Shown piece after piece: positions 28,743-37,129 of a DNA stretch of 64,000 bases. Below the pieces are notes generated by a model. That model saw only the letters and a list, made by a program, of their open reading frames with translations, was not told where the DNA came from and made no database searches. Both the position numbers and the translations under genes were made by a program. The stretch comes from a virus. The DNA is taken from the IMG/VR virus record IMGVR_UViG_3300026538_000054, positions 128,285-192,284 of that record; one strand, written 5' to 3'. Each line of letters starts with the position of its first letter. Position 1 is the stretch's first letter.

Positions 28743-29140
28743 AGAAAATGGAGAGCTGGAGAACGGTGTTTCGCGACGGCTTCGCGCCGATCGCTCCGAA
28801 GAAAGGCCTCGAGGCCGTGCGCATGGCCTTGTTAACGGGAGACCACGCTCTGGTCCGCAACGCGACGACCGTGCCGCCGTCATTGTGGGGCGATAAGAAC
28901 TGTCCTGTCGAGGCCGCCTGCCTGGTGGGGCTGTGCTACTGGCGTGGCGAAGACCTGCACACGGTCGGCGAGACTGACGAGGCGTTCAGTCATGCGTGCT
29001 ACCAGATCGACCAAAAGCTGCAAGAACCAGCCGCCTGCCGATGGCTACTCGATTGGTTTGACAAAGCCCCATGGGACGAGGTCGTTGACGGGTTACTGGA
29101 AGAGATCGACAGGGAGTTGAAGCGCAGGGCCGCCGGATGA
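28739..29140 (+). CDS. Conserved hypothetical protein
   Basis: WRTVFRDGFAP..GLEA..PVEAAC..EPAACRWLLDWFD; resembles a planctomycete/phage family. Confidence 0.6.
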   Translation: MKKMESWRTVFRDGFAPIAPKKGLEAVRMALLTGDHALVRNATTVPPSLWGDKNCPVEAACLVGLCYWRGEDLHTVGETDEAFSHACYQIDQKLQEPAACRWLLDWFDKAPWDEVVDGLLEEIDRELKRRAAG

Positions 29141-29472
29141 ACGACCTCCAGACCATCCTGGCTCTGCTCGCAGGCGCGATGCGCGAGGACCCCGTAGCGG
29201 CCAAGGCCCTTGCCGATTTCTGTCTCGAGCAGGGGATGGAAGACCTGGCCGTCAAGGTGCAGGATCGCTTCGTCGCTGTTGGGCTGGGCTTCTACTGCGC
29301 CGACTGCGATGTCCCAGGGGAACCGGCCGAGCGCTACGCCGTCACGGTCTGTCTGAGGTCCCTGGTCCACGTCGCCGCCGTCAAGGCCAGCAGGAACAAG
29401 GACCACACCTGCGAGCTGGCGATGGGCTCGGTCTTCGCCAAGAGGATCACGACCAACACAGAGAAGAAATAG
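29137..29472 (+). CDS. Hypothetical protein (ALAD helix, CxxC)
   Basis: ATGA overlap; AAKALADFCLEQG and CADC motifs. Confidence 0.5.
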   Translation: MNDLQTILALLAGAMREDPVAAKALADFCLEQGMEDLAVKVQDRFVAVGLGFYCADCDVPGEPAERYAVTVCLRSLVHVAAVKASRNKDHTCELAMGSVFAKRITTNTEKK

Positions 29473-29483
29473 GAAAGGCAGCA

Positions 29484-29747
29484 GTGGTGAATATGAAGAA
29501 ATGGGTCGTCGAGTTGTTGGATAGCAACCAGGACGTCGGCGAGTGCTTCGTACGCGTGCCCGATCGAGCTGGGCCGTTGGTGATCGAGGTGGTCGTGGAC
29601 GATGACGTGGAGAATGCCGACGGACGCGTCATCGCCGTCTACGAGACGGGTTTGTATGCCGGCAGCCCCAGCGAGGCGCGTCTGGCTGTCGCCTCGCCAC
29701 TGGCTGAGGCAATCTGTCTGCAGGGCGTGATCTGCGAGGTGCGCTGA
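29484..29747 (+). CDS. Hypothetical protein
   Basis: Operonic small ORF. Confidence 0.5.
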   Translation: MVNMKKWVVELLDSNQDVGECFVRVPDRAGPLVIEVVVDDDVENADGRVIAVYETGLYAGSPSEARLAVASPLAEAICLQGVICEVR

Positions 29748-30229
29748 TGGCCGAAGCGAACAGTTTGCCCAACTATGTACAGGTTCAGGCGCTTGTCGCG
29801 CGCACTCAGCAAGCGCTGACGCGGCGGGCCCATGAGTGCATAAAAGAGAACGAGGCCGCCAAGGTGGCCCTGGAAGCGAAAGAGAGACTCAGGCAGTCCT
29901 TGCGGGCCGACCTCGGTCCTGCCGTCGATCTCTTGCTCGAGGCACTTGGTCCGCTGGACGGCCTCCAGTCAAGTCAGGGGAAGCTCGCGTTTCAGCACGA
30001 GATATACGACTTGGGGCACGACGACACGGACCGAGGCCTGTACGCGATCAGGCGCGTGAGGATCGTCGCCCTTGTCCTGGATAAATACCGGGCCACGTTG
30101 GCGGATATTCACGTCACCGCCACCGAGCGCTGCGGGCTGTACTACGTCGTAAATAGCAAACGACTGAGCCTGGACGAGGCCTGCGCGACGGTGCTCGCCT
30201 CTGTCGTTCCTCAGATCAGTTTCGACTAG
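29747..30229 (+). CDS. Hypothetical protein
   Basis: TGATG overlap; 160 aa. Confidence 0.55.
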   Translation: MAEANSLPNYVQVQALVARTQQALTRRAHECIKENEAAKVALEAKERLRQSLRADLGPAVDLLLEALGPLDGLQSSQGKLAFQHEIYDLGHDDTDRGLYAIRRVRIVALVLDKYRATLADIHVTATERCGLYYVVNSKRLSLDEACATVLASVVPQISFD

Positions 30230-30307
30230 CCATCTCTTTCCAGCCGCCCGAATCAACACCACCAGCGCGTTACCATTCTGAGACGGTCTGGCTAGCCAGG
30301 CCGTCGT

Positions 30308-30330
30308 TACAATTCTTTTCCGGAAAAGAA
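30308..30330 (+). promoter_or_regulatory. -10 hexamer TACAAT overlapped by operator-like palindrome TTCTTTTCCGGAAAAGAA
   Basis: 18-bp perfect palindrome 30313-30 ending 4 nt before the AAA ATPase ATG. Confidence 0.6.
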
Positions 30331-30334
30331 CAAA

Positions 30335-32596
30335 ATGAGCAAGAAGCAGTTCAGAGAGCAGTTATCCGACCTGATCAAGTCGGGCACCCAGTTGATCCAG
30401 GTCCGGACCGTGGAGGAGCAGCGCGCCCTTTTGGACATTCAGCAGGTCGTCCAGGGCCTGAGGCGAAAGGACGGCCCGCCCTGGCGCTTGACGGCGTGGA
30501 ACTACGTCACGGGCTACTCCGATGCCCGCAACCCTGCTGAGGCCTTCGCCCAGAACCCGTCCGGGGCCGTCCTGGCCGTGCCGACGACGCGATTCGGCGA
30601 GTGTCAGGGGCAGCCGGTTATTAGCTCCTATTCCGGCATGGTCAGGAGCGTCCGGAGGGACTCGGAGGGCGTGGTGATCAACGTGGACGAGGAGATCATC
30701 ACCCTCGCCCAGGACATCGGCCCTCTGGTCGGCCCTGGCGACAAGGTGAAAGTGGGCCAGCAGGTCGGGCTGCCCTACGGGAAGGACGCCGTGATCGTCT
30801 TCCTGGACTCGGCAATGTTCTTCGGCTCGAGCGAAGGTTTTCAGTGCCGCCGGGCCCTGCGGAACCTGGTGGAGGCGCAGGCCCTGAGCAACGCCGCTCA
30901 CATGCGGCCGATCATCTTCCTGGGGGCCGCGGCGGTAAAGAGCCCGGAGATCGACTACGCCATCGTCAACCTGCGCTACGAGCTCCCGGATGAGGAAGAG
31001 CTCAAGAAGGACGTCACCTACATCGAGGCCGGCTTGCCACCTTACCGTCGCGTGGCCGAGCCGCACTTCCGTACGGAGCTGGCCCGCGCCGTCCTGGGCT
31101 CCTCCCAACATGAGGCCAGGCAGATCCTCGCCACCGCCGCCTACGCCTCGGGCGGTCTTCACCAGAAAGGTGACGACAAGCGCAAGGTGCTTGACGCCTT
31201 GTTCGAGCTGCAAAGAGGCAACTGGGCCGACGACGAGGTCCTGGAGCTGGTCGACCTCGCAGGGGCCCCGACGTTCGACGACATCGGCGGCTACCAGAAC
31301 CTGAAGGACTGGCTGGCCTCTCAGGCCTGCGCCTTCACGGACCTGGCAAGCTCTCTCAAGGATGAGCCGCCGGTGGAGGCCCCCAAAGGCATCGTCCTGG
31401 GCGGCGTGCCCGGCTGCCTGCACGCCGACACCCCCATCCACGACCCGACGGATAACACCACGCGCAGCGTGAAGGAGCGCTGGGAAACGGCCAAGCCGTT
31501 TCATGTCACGGCCCTGGACCAAAGGTCGCAAAAGCTCGTGACCGCCTGGGCCATGGCGCCTCATATCTATCCGGCCTGCCGGCTTCTGCGTTTCGTCTGC
31601 GACGACGGTTCGCAGATCACGGTCACTCCTGGCCATCTCTTCTGGGACGGCTCCGACTACGTGCCGGCCGCCAACGTGGCCGGTCGCATCGAGGCGAAAG
31701 GTACTTACGGCCTGCCACGGTACGCGCCTGGCAAGGAGGGCGCCCTGAGGGACGTTGTCCTTTACAAGGTCGAGACCTTGCCTCCCGAGCCCTACTACGA
31801 CTTCCACGTCCCGGTCCACGAGAACTACCTGGCGTGCGGCCTGATCAACCACAACACCGGCAAGTCCTACTCCGTCCTGGCCATCGCTCGCGCGTTGGCC
31901 TTGCCTCTCATCCGCTTCAAGTTCGCCAGGGCCTTCGGCTCTCTGGTGGGCGCCACCGAGGAGAGGGTGGACCGGGCCCTGTCCCGCGTGAGCGGCAAGG
32001 GGCGTTGTGTGCTTCAACTCGACGAGATCGACAAGGCCCTGGCCGGTACGCAGGGCGGTGGAGAGTCCGACGGCGGCGTGGGCAAGCGCGCCCTGGGGCA
32101 GCTCCTCACCTGGATGGTGGAGAACAACAAGGGCTGCTTCGTGGTCGCCACCCTGAACGATCCGGATCACCTGCCGCCCGAGCTACTTCGCAAGGGTAGG
32201 TTCTCCGAGAACTTCTTCGTGAACTTGCCCGAGGACGAGGAGAGGCAGGCCATCCTGGAGATCCATACGCGCAAGCGCGGTATCGATGTTTCGACCTGGC
32301 GCTCGGGAGAGATGGCCACGTTCATCGAGAACACGCGCGAGTTCTCCGGCTCGGACATCGAGGAGTGCGTGAAGGCAGCCAGGCTCCGTCGGCTGGCCGC
32401 CACCGGCTCGACGGCCAGGGCCACGTACGACGACATCATGGCGGTGGTTCGCGGCACCAAGCCCTCCGGCAGGGTGAACCAGGCCAAGACCCTGGCCATG
32501 CAGGAACGATTCGCCGCCTTCGCCACGCCTGTCTCCCGCCCTGTCGTGAAGGCCGGGAGACACCAGCAAGCGAGGCGGCTGGAGCTGGGAGACTGA
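30335..32596 (+). CDS. Ycf46-like AAA+ ATPase containing an intein
   Basis: Walker A GVPG|TGKS after splicing, Walker B LQLDEIDK, ATLN, LLRKGRFSENFF; N-terminal IQVRTVEEQRAL and LPDEEEL of the Ycf46-type family. Confidence 0.9.
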   Translation: MSKKQFREQLSDLIKSGTQLIQVRTVEEQRALLDIQQVVQGLRRKDGPPWRLTAWNYVTGYSDARNPAEAFAQNPSGAVLAVPTTRFGECQGQPVISSYSGMVRSVRRDSEGVVINVDEEIITLAQDIGPLVGPGDKVKVGQQVGLPYGKDAVIVFLDSAMFFGSSEGFQCRRALRNLVEAQALSNAAHMRPIIFLGAAAVKSPEIDYAIVNLRYELPDEEELKKDVTYIEAGLPPYRRVAEPHFRTELARAVLGSSQHEARQILATAAYASGGLHQKGDDKRKVLDALFELQRGNWADDEVLELVDLAGAPTFDDIGGYQNLKDWLASQACAFTDLASSLKDEPPVEAPKGIVLGGVPGCLHADTPIHDPTDNTTRSVKERWETAKPFHVTALDQRSQKLVTAWAMAPHIYPACRLLRFVCDDGSQITVTPGHLFWDGSDYVPAANVAGRIEAKGTYGLPRYAPGKEGALRDVVLYKVETLPPEPYYDFHVPVHENYLACGLINHNTGKSYSVLAIARALALPLIRFKFARAFGSLVGATEERVDRALSRVSGKGRCVLQLDEIDKALAGTQGGGESDGGVGKRALGQLLTWMVENNKGCFVVATLNDPDHLPPELLRKGRFSENFFVNLPEDEERQAILEIHTRKRGIDVSTWRSGEMATFIENTREFSGSDIEECVKAARLRRLAATGSTARATYDDIMAVVRGTKPSGRVNQAKTLAMQERFAAFATPVSRPVVKAGRHQQARRLELGD
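31415..31855 (+). mobile_element. Mini-intein (147 aa, no endonuclease) in Walker A
   Basis: Starts CLHADT, block B VTPGH, ends YYDFHV..NYLACGLINHN followed by Thr. Confidence 0.92.
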
Positions 32597-32856
32597 TGGC
32601 TGTTGAAAAGACGCTGGTTGACCTCATGGAGTCGCAGGTCGGCCTCCACTGCCCTACCTGTTTAGGGCGCCTGAATGCGGAATTGTATGAATACGGCCGT
32701 TGTAGCCGCTGTCATACGTCGGTCGCGAGTATGACCGTCGCCGAGCTACCGGTGTTCACGGTCGAGACGGACAAGGGCTCGGTCAGTTTTCACGCCGATA
32801 ACGCCCAGCTAGCCCGCGAGCTGTGTCGAAAGAACGGCCTTTGTCCGCTTGATTAA
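32596..32856 (+). CDS. Small zinc-ribbon protein
   Basis: CPTC..CSRC; TGATG overlap with the AAA gene. Confidence 0.5.
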   Translation: MAVEKTLVDLMESQVGLHCPTCLGRLNAELYEYGRCSRCHTSVASMTVAELPVFTVETDKGSVSFHADNAQLARELCRKNGLCPLD

Positions 32857-32867
32857 GAGGGATACTT

Positions 32868-33335
32868 ATGTACATATACGTGGCCTCCAGTTGGCGAAAC
32901 GGCTACCACGAGGGCGTGGTCCAGGCCCTGAGGGACCAGGGCCTGTCGGTCTATGACTTCCGCCATCCCGACGAGAACGACCCCGGCTTCTCCTGGAGAG
33001 ACATCGCCGCGGAATGGAAGGACTGGTGCCCCGCCGAATGGCGTGAGGGCCTCAAGCACCCGATCGCGCAGGCCGGCTTCACCAGCGACAAGAACGCCCT
33101 GGACAAGGCCGACTGCGTGGTACTGGTCCTGCCTTGCGGTCGAAGCGCCCATCTCGAGGCCGGCTACGCGGCCGGCCTGAACAAGCCCGTCTTTACGCTG
33201 GCCCTGGACCAGTGTGAGCCTGAGCTAATGGTTTTGCTTTTGGGCCCGGCCGACAACCTCTGCACGAGCCTCGATGAGCTCATCGCCAGGCTCCGCTCGA
33301 TCACGCCTGCGACCCTCGCGCAGGGTGGTTCCTGA
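32868..33335 (+). CDS. Nucleoside 2-deoxyribosyltransferase-like protein
   Basis: IYVASSWRN, DKNALDKADCVVLVLPCGRSAHLEAGYAAG. Confidence 0.8.
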   Translation: MYIYVASSWRNGYHEGVVQALRDQGLSVYDFRHPDENDPGFSWRDIAAEWKDWCPAEWREGLKHPIAQAGFTSDKNALDKADCVVLVLPCGRSAHLEAGYAAGLNKPVFTLALDQCEPELMVLLLGPADNLCTSLDELIARLRSITPATLAQGGS

Positions 33336-33580
33336 TGCCTCCCTACTGCGTGACCGAGACCACGGACGCCTGTGGACCTCGCCGCGACGTGATCTTCGAG
33401 GGCGGCCTACCCGCCTATGAGTTTCCCGCCATGGTTCTCTCGTTTCGCGGGGCCGGCTGGTGCCTGACCAACTGTACAGGGCCTTTGGCGCACCTGGTAA
33501 ATGACCGACTCGTCTACGGCGTGTCGGTCACCTTCCGAAGAATAGCCGAGGAGAAGCACAATGAGCCACAGCGCTCCTGA
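33335..33580 (+). CDS. Hypothetical protein
   Basis: TGATG overlap. Confidence 0.4.
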   Translation: MPPYCVTETTDACGPRRDVIFEGGLPAYEFPAMVLSFRGAGWCLTNCTGPLAHLVNDRLVYGVSVTFRRIAEEKHNEPQRS

Positions 33581-34607
33581 GAACAACAAGGGCGTCGAGA
33601 CCGTGGAGGGTTATCGCCGCCTGGTGGACCAACTGGGGAAAGAGATCTGCCTGTGCCGCGTGCGCGTCCGACGCTGGAGGGGCAGGGTCAGCCTGAATGG
33701 CGCCGAGGTCAAAGCGGGCGAGCTGAGCTTCACGGCCGGCGAGGACGATGTCAGCACGCCCAGCTTCTACATCTTGCCTCAGAGCTGGGGCAAGCAGTTC
33801 GACAGCGTCGAAGGGGCCTTGCGCAGGGCCCTGGACCGAAAGACCGTCAGGGCCCAGGTCACGGCGAAGATGACCCTGGCCGACGGCTCGATCTCCACCC
33901 TTGCTGATGTCCTCTCCGATGACGCGATCGTCCCGCGTGCTTCCGTGGAGAGCGTCAGGCAAGAGATCAACGCCATCATCCAGGAGCGCTGGGCCCCCTT
34001 GGTCAACTCGCTGGTCGGCGCCTGGGGCGGGATCATCGAGGAGCTCAAGGAGAAGAAGCCCGCCATCTATGAGAAGTTCTCTGGCAGGTTGCCGGCGAAT
34101 GCCGACGCCCTCCGGCCGGCGTTCAAGGTCGTCTTCCTGGAGTTGCCACTGGGCCTGTCGGCCGACTCCCTGACCGTGGAGGCGCTGCGAAAGGGCGCCG
34201 GGGAGTACCTGGACGCTATCTGGGGCTCGATCATCGGCCAGAACGTGGAAAGGGTGCGAGAGGTCGCCAAGACCATGCTCGCGCGCATCCAGGCCGGCGG
34301 CGGCCTGCGAACGGACACCCTGACCAGCTTCGTCGAGGCGGTGAGCGCCTTCAAGAGCTTCGCCGGGGCCATGAGCGCCGGTGATGCGCTCCCTGTGCTT
34401 GAGCAAGCCGAGGCCCTGCTCAAGGAGACCGGCGTCAAGGAGATCAACGCCGACGCCAAGCAGGGCGCTTCGGGAGTGGCCCAGCAGATCGCCCAGGTCA
34501 TGGACGGCGTGCTCAAGGTCATGGACCAGAAGGTGGCCCAGGCCATCCAGAACAAGCACCAGAGGCGCATCCTGTTCGACGAGGAGGAAGACGGTGCCGC
34601 CGCTTGA
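33561..34607 (+). CDS. DUF3150-like helical protein
   Basis: 348 aa, W.G...L N-terminus, PSFYILP, helical C-terminus; this type of gene accompanies AAA-DUF1257 modules. Confidence 0.5.
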   Translation: MSHSAPENNKGVETVEGYRRLVDQLGKEICLCRVRVRRWRGRVSLNGAEVKAGELSFTAGEDDVSTPSFYILPQSWGKQFDSVEGALRRALDRKTVRAQVTAKMTLADGSISTLADVLSDDAIVPRASVESVRQEINAIIQERWAPLVNSLVGAWGGIIEELKEKKPAIYEKFSGRLPANADALRPAFKVVFLELPLGLSADSLTVEALRKGAGEYLDAIWGSIIGQNVERVREVAKTMLARIQAGGGLRTDTLTSFVEAVSAFKSFAGAMSAGDALPVLEQAEALLKETGVKEINADAKQGASGVAQQIAQVMDGVLKVMDQKVAQAIQNKHQRRILFDEEEDGAAA

Positions 34608-35169
34608 CAAGGACGGTCGCGATGCGTTGTACGAGCGGGTGATGGTCGCCATGCGCGAGGAGCTGGGCGAAGCGAACCTGCCTCTTGGCCACTGCCTGGA
34701 CATCGCCTGGTGCGGGCTGGAGGAAATCAGGGCCCTACCTCAAGCGCCGCGAGTGCTCATCCAGGCGGGAAGCGCCTTCTGGCTGCGCGTGCCGGCGGAG
34801 ATCGCCATGGACGACCCCGCCGCGCATTTCGGCTACGAATGGGACGAGCGCTCCGAGGTCGCCCAGCTCTGGCGACGCGGCATGGCCCCTGTGATCACAC
34901 GGGCCGGCAACCGACTGGTCCTGAGCCTGCCGGAGGTCCATGTTTGGCTGGCCCTCCCTGACGACAAGGTGATCATCGACCTCTCCACCGGCCGCTTGCC
35001 AGCCGCCTGCAAGACGATCCTCGGCATGGAGTGGCTGGCCCCGCCGCCTCCCGCTTACCTGTGGGGCACGGCCGAAGATATGCCGTTTGGCGCCATGTAT
35101 CAGGCGTCCAGGAGCGCCATCGACTGCGTCGTCGCGATCTTGAGGATGCAAGAACGACGCTACCCCTGA
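34594..35169 (+). CDS. Hypothetical protein
   Basis: GTG 34594 after GAGGAGG; IQAGSAFW..PEVHVWLAL..IIDLSTG. Confidence 0.55.
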   Translation: MPPLDKDGRDALYERVMVAMREELGEANLPLGHCLDIAWCGLEEIRALPQAPRVLIQAGSAFWLRVPAEIAMDDPAAHFGYEWDERSEVAQLWRRGMAPVITRAGNRLVLSLPEVHVWLALPDDKVIIDLSTGRLPAACKTILGMEWLAPPPPAYLWGTAEDMPFGAMYQASRSAIDCVVAILRMQERRYP

Positions 35170-35235
35170 GGCGCGACGGCAGCAAGAGGCCGTCCATGAT
35201 CGGCCTCTTTTTTTCCTTTCGGCTACTTCAAGAAA

Positions 35236-35742
35236 ATGAGGTGTACAATTTCACACGTTTGTACGGTGGAAATGAAGCTGCAAGACTCCGACCTGCCGGC
35301 CATCCGGGCCGCCTGCGAGGAGCTGGGGCTGGAGCTCCGAGAGAACCAGAAGACCTGGAAGTGGTGGGGCTCCTGGGCGAACGACTACCACGCCGACAAC
35401 GCCGCCTACCGTCAGGGCATCAAGCCCGAAGACTACGGCAAGTGCGAGCACGCCATCGGCGTCCCTGGAAACCAGCACGCCTACGAGGTGGGCCTCTGCA
35501 GGGACCAGGACGGCAACCTACGCCTGGCCTTTGACTTCTACGCCGGCGGCCGTGGGCTGTGCGATTTCGTTGGCGACAAGGGCGAGAAGCTCTTCCAGGC
35601 GGTGGGCAAGCACAAGGCCATCGCCGACTGCAAGGCGGCGGGCTGGCAGGTGCAAGGCGTGGAGACCACCGCCGACGGCAAGGTCAAGATCACGGCGTCG
35701 CCGGCGTTTGTCACGGCTGGCGTGGTCGGCAGGAAATTCTAA
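35236..35742 (+). CDS. DUF1257 domain protein
   Basis: SHVCTVEMKLQD..AIRAACEELG..WWG..GKCEHAI..YEVGL..LAFDFY pattern. Confidence 0.75.
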   Translation: MRCTISHVCTVEMKLQDSDLPAIRAACEELGLELRENQKTWKWWGSWANDYHADNAAYRQGIKPEDYGKCEHAIGVPGNQHAYEVGLCRDQDGNLRLAFDFYAGGRGLCDFVGDKGEKLFQAVGKHKAIADCKAAGWQVQGVETTADGKVKITASPAFVTAGVVGRKF

Positions 35743-35753
35743 GGGGGATCACC

Positions 35754-35951
35754 ATGCAAGGACCGACGGTCGAGATCCTGGTGGACCAAGAAGGGAAGAT
35801 CACCTTCGAGGTCCAGGGCGTCAAGGGCGGCTCCTGTACGGAGCTCACCCGCGAGCTGCAAGCGCGAATGGGCGTGGTCACCGAGCAGAAGCTCAAGCCC
35901 GAGCACTTTGAGAGGCCGCCCGACGCCCGACTGACGACGTCTCAGCTATAA
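35754..35951 (+). CDS. DUF2997 domain protein
   Basis: VEILVDQEGKITFEVQGVKGGSCTELTRELQARMG..KPEHF; its stop is supplied by the 74-nt repeat. Confidence 0.8.
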   Translation: MQGPTVEILVDQEGKITFEVQGVKGGSCTELTRELQARMGVVTEQKLKPEHFERPPDARLTTSQL

Positions 35952-36013
35952 GGCCGCTGAGAAGGCCTTCATCTCTGATGGTAGACAACAGGTCAAGAGA
36001 GCGCAATAGCATG
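35940..36013 (+). repeat. 74-nt direct repeat, copy 1 (stop, two-stem element, -10-like, SD-like, ATG)
   Basis: 3 mismatches to 36962..37035; CTCAGC-tat-AAGGCC-GCTGAG-aa-GGCCTT. Confidence 0.9.
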
Positions 36014-36066
36014 TTCGACTGGCGTGACGATCTATCCTGCCAGAGGTCGACCAGAGGAGGCTGAGG

Positions 36067-36417
36067 GTGGAGAAGACCGTGCTCATCATCGACGAGCAGG
36101 GCCGCGCGCTTTACTTGGAGGGCCCCGGCGCGGGCCCTCCCCCTCCCGTTAAGAGCGTGTTCAAGCTCTCAAGACGGGCGGGCCGAGTGGAGCCGGTCAA
36201 GCTCTGGAAGCGACTGGCCTTCAGGGCCTTGCGTCTCCTCCTTGGAGACAAGGGCCGCATAGCCAGCTGGACCAGGTCCTGGAAAGGCCCCTGGCGCGCT
36301 GACTTGCGCCTCTCGGGCGGCCCGGTGCTTCACGAAGCAGCCACCAGGGAAGAGGCCGTGCGCATGGAGGTGCGCTGGCTGATCGATCACGACTTTGGAG
36401 ACGATGTAGCAACATGA
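36067..36417 (+). CDS. Small conserved partner of the DUF1257/DUF2997 module
   Basis: RRAGRVEP...WRADLRLSGGPVL..REEAVRMEVRWL resembles the planctomycete RASHVEP..WWADL..GGP protein. Confidence 0.6.
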   Translation: MEKTVLIIDEQGRALYLEGPGAGPPPPVKSVFKLSRRAGRVEPVKLWKRLAFRALRLLLGDKGRIASWTRSWKGPWRADLRLSGGPVLHEAATREEAVRMEVRWLIDHDFGDDVAT

Positions 36418-36713
36418 ACGCCGAAGAAGCGGCCAAGCTAATCGATAACGGCTGGAAGATCCTAATCTTCAAAGACGGACTGGGAACCTTCTCTGCCCTG
36501 GCCGTGGAAGAGCATCGAAGCGTTGACAAGGCCATGAGGGCCTGGCGCAACTACGAAGCACCGGAAGGTGCTACGCCTGACGAGATGGTCTTTGGCGGCC
36601 CTCACCGTCTGTGCGGCTGCGGCTTCACGGTGGCCGAGGCCCTGCACAGCCTGGTGGAGAAGGTGCTGTTTCGACGGCTGCCAGCGAAAGAAGAGAAGGA
36701 GGGAGGGGGATGA
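36414..36713 (+). CDS. Hypothetical protein
   Basis: ATGA overlap. Confidence 0.55.
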   Translation: MNAEEAAKLIDNGWKILIFKDGLGTFSALAVEEHRSVDKAMRAWRNYEAPEGATPDEMVFGGPHRLCGCGFTVAEALHSLVEKVLFRRLPAKEEKEGGG

Positions 36714-36973
36714 TCCTTGGTTTTACGGGAACTAGGCGGGGCATGACTCCCGCCCAGCGAGAGTCCGTGTCCTGGCTCCTGGCTGGTCGTGACCTTGCTC
36801 ATGTGCATCACGGCGGGGCGATCGGCGCGGACGCCGACTTCCATCGGCTGATCCTGGCGAATCGCCCTGACCTGGTCGGGACCATTCATCCCTGCGACAT
36901 CGAGTCGCAGCGCGAGGACTTCACCGTTGACGAGCTTCGCGGCCAGAACGGTCCAGCCGCTTCTCAGCTATAA
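36710..36973 (+). pseudogene. Probably truncated SLOG/DUF2493-like protein
   Basis: MILGFTGTRRGMTPAQ..HHGGAIGADADFH..IHP lacks the usual C-terminal RN..SGTW part; ends in repeat-derived SQL*. Confidence 0.5.
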
Positions 36974-37035
36974 GGCCGCTGAGGAGGCCTTCATCTCTGA
37001 TGGTAGACAACAAGTCAAGGGAGCGCAATAGCATG
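36962..37035 (+). repeat. 74-nt direct repeat, copy 2
   Basis: See copy 1; offset 1022 nt. Confidence 0.9.
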
Positions 37036-37129
37036 GTCGTCTGCGACCGTTGCGGCAGGGAGCCACGGGCCAGCCATTCCACGGCCACATGAGGGGTCGC
37101 ACATATCATCTACAAGGAAGACCGGTCTA

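Noticed and set aside
30362-32170. 602-aa minus-strand ORF, and similar long antisense ORFs (1926..3155, 7631..8536, 33528..34703, 37428..38786, 58381..59199)
   Set aside because: Shadow frames of well-supported genes; high GC3 suppresses stops on the antisense strand; no motifs.
35236-35250. Non-canonical ATT start for DUF1257 (GAGGTG then ATT TCA CAC)
   Set aside because: An in-frame ATG exists at 35236 and the SD spacing is short; cannot be decided from sequence.
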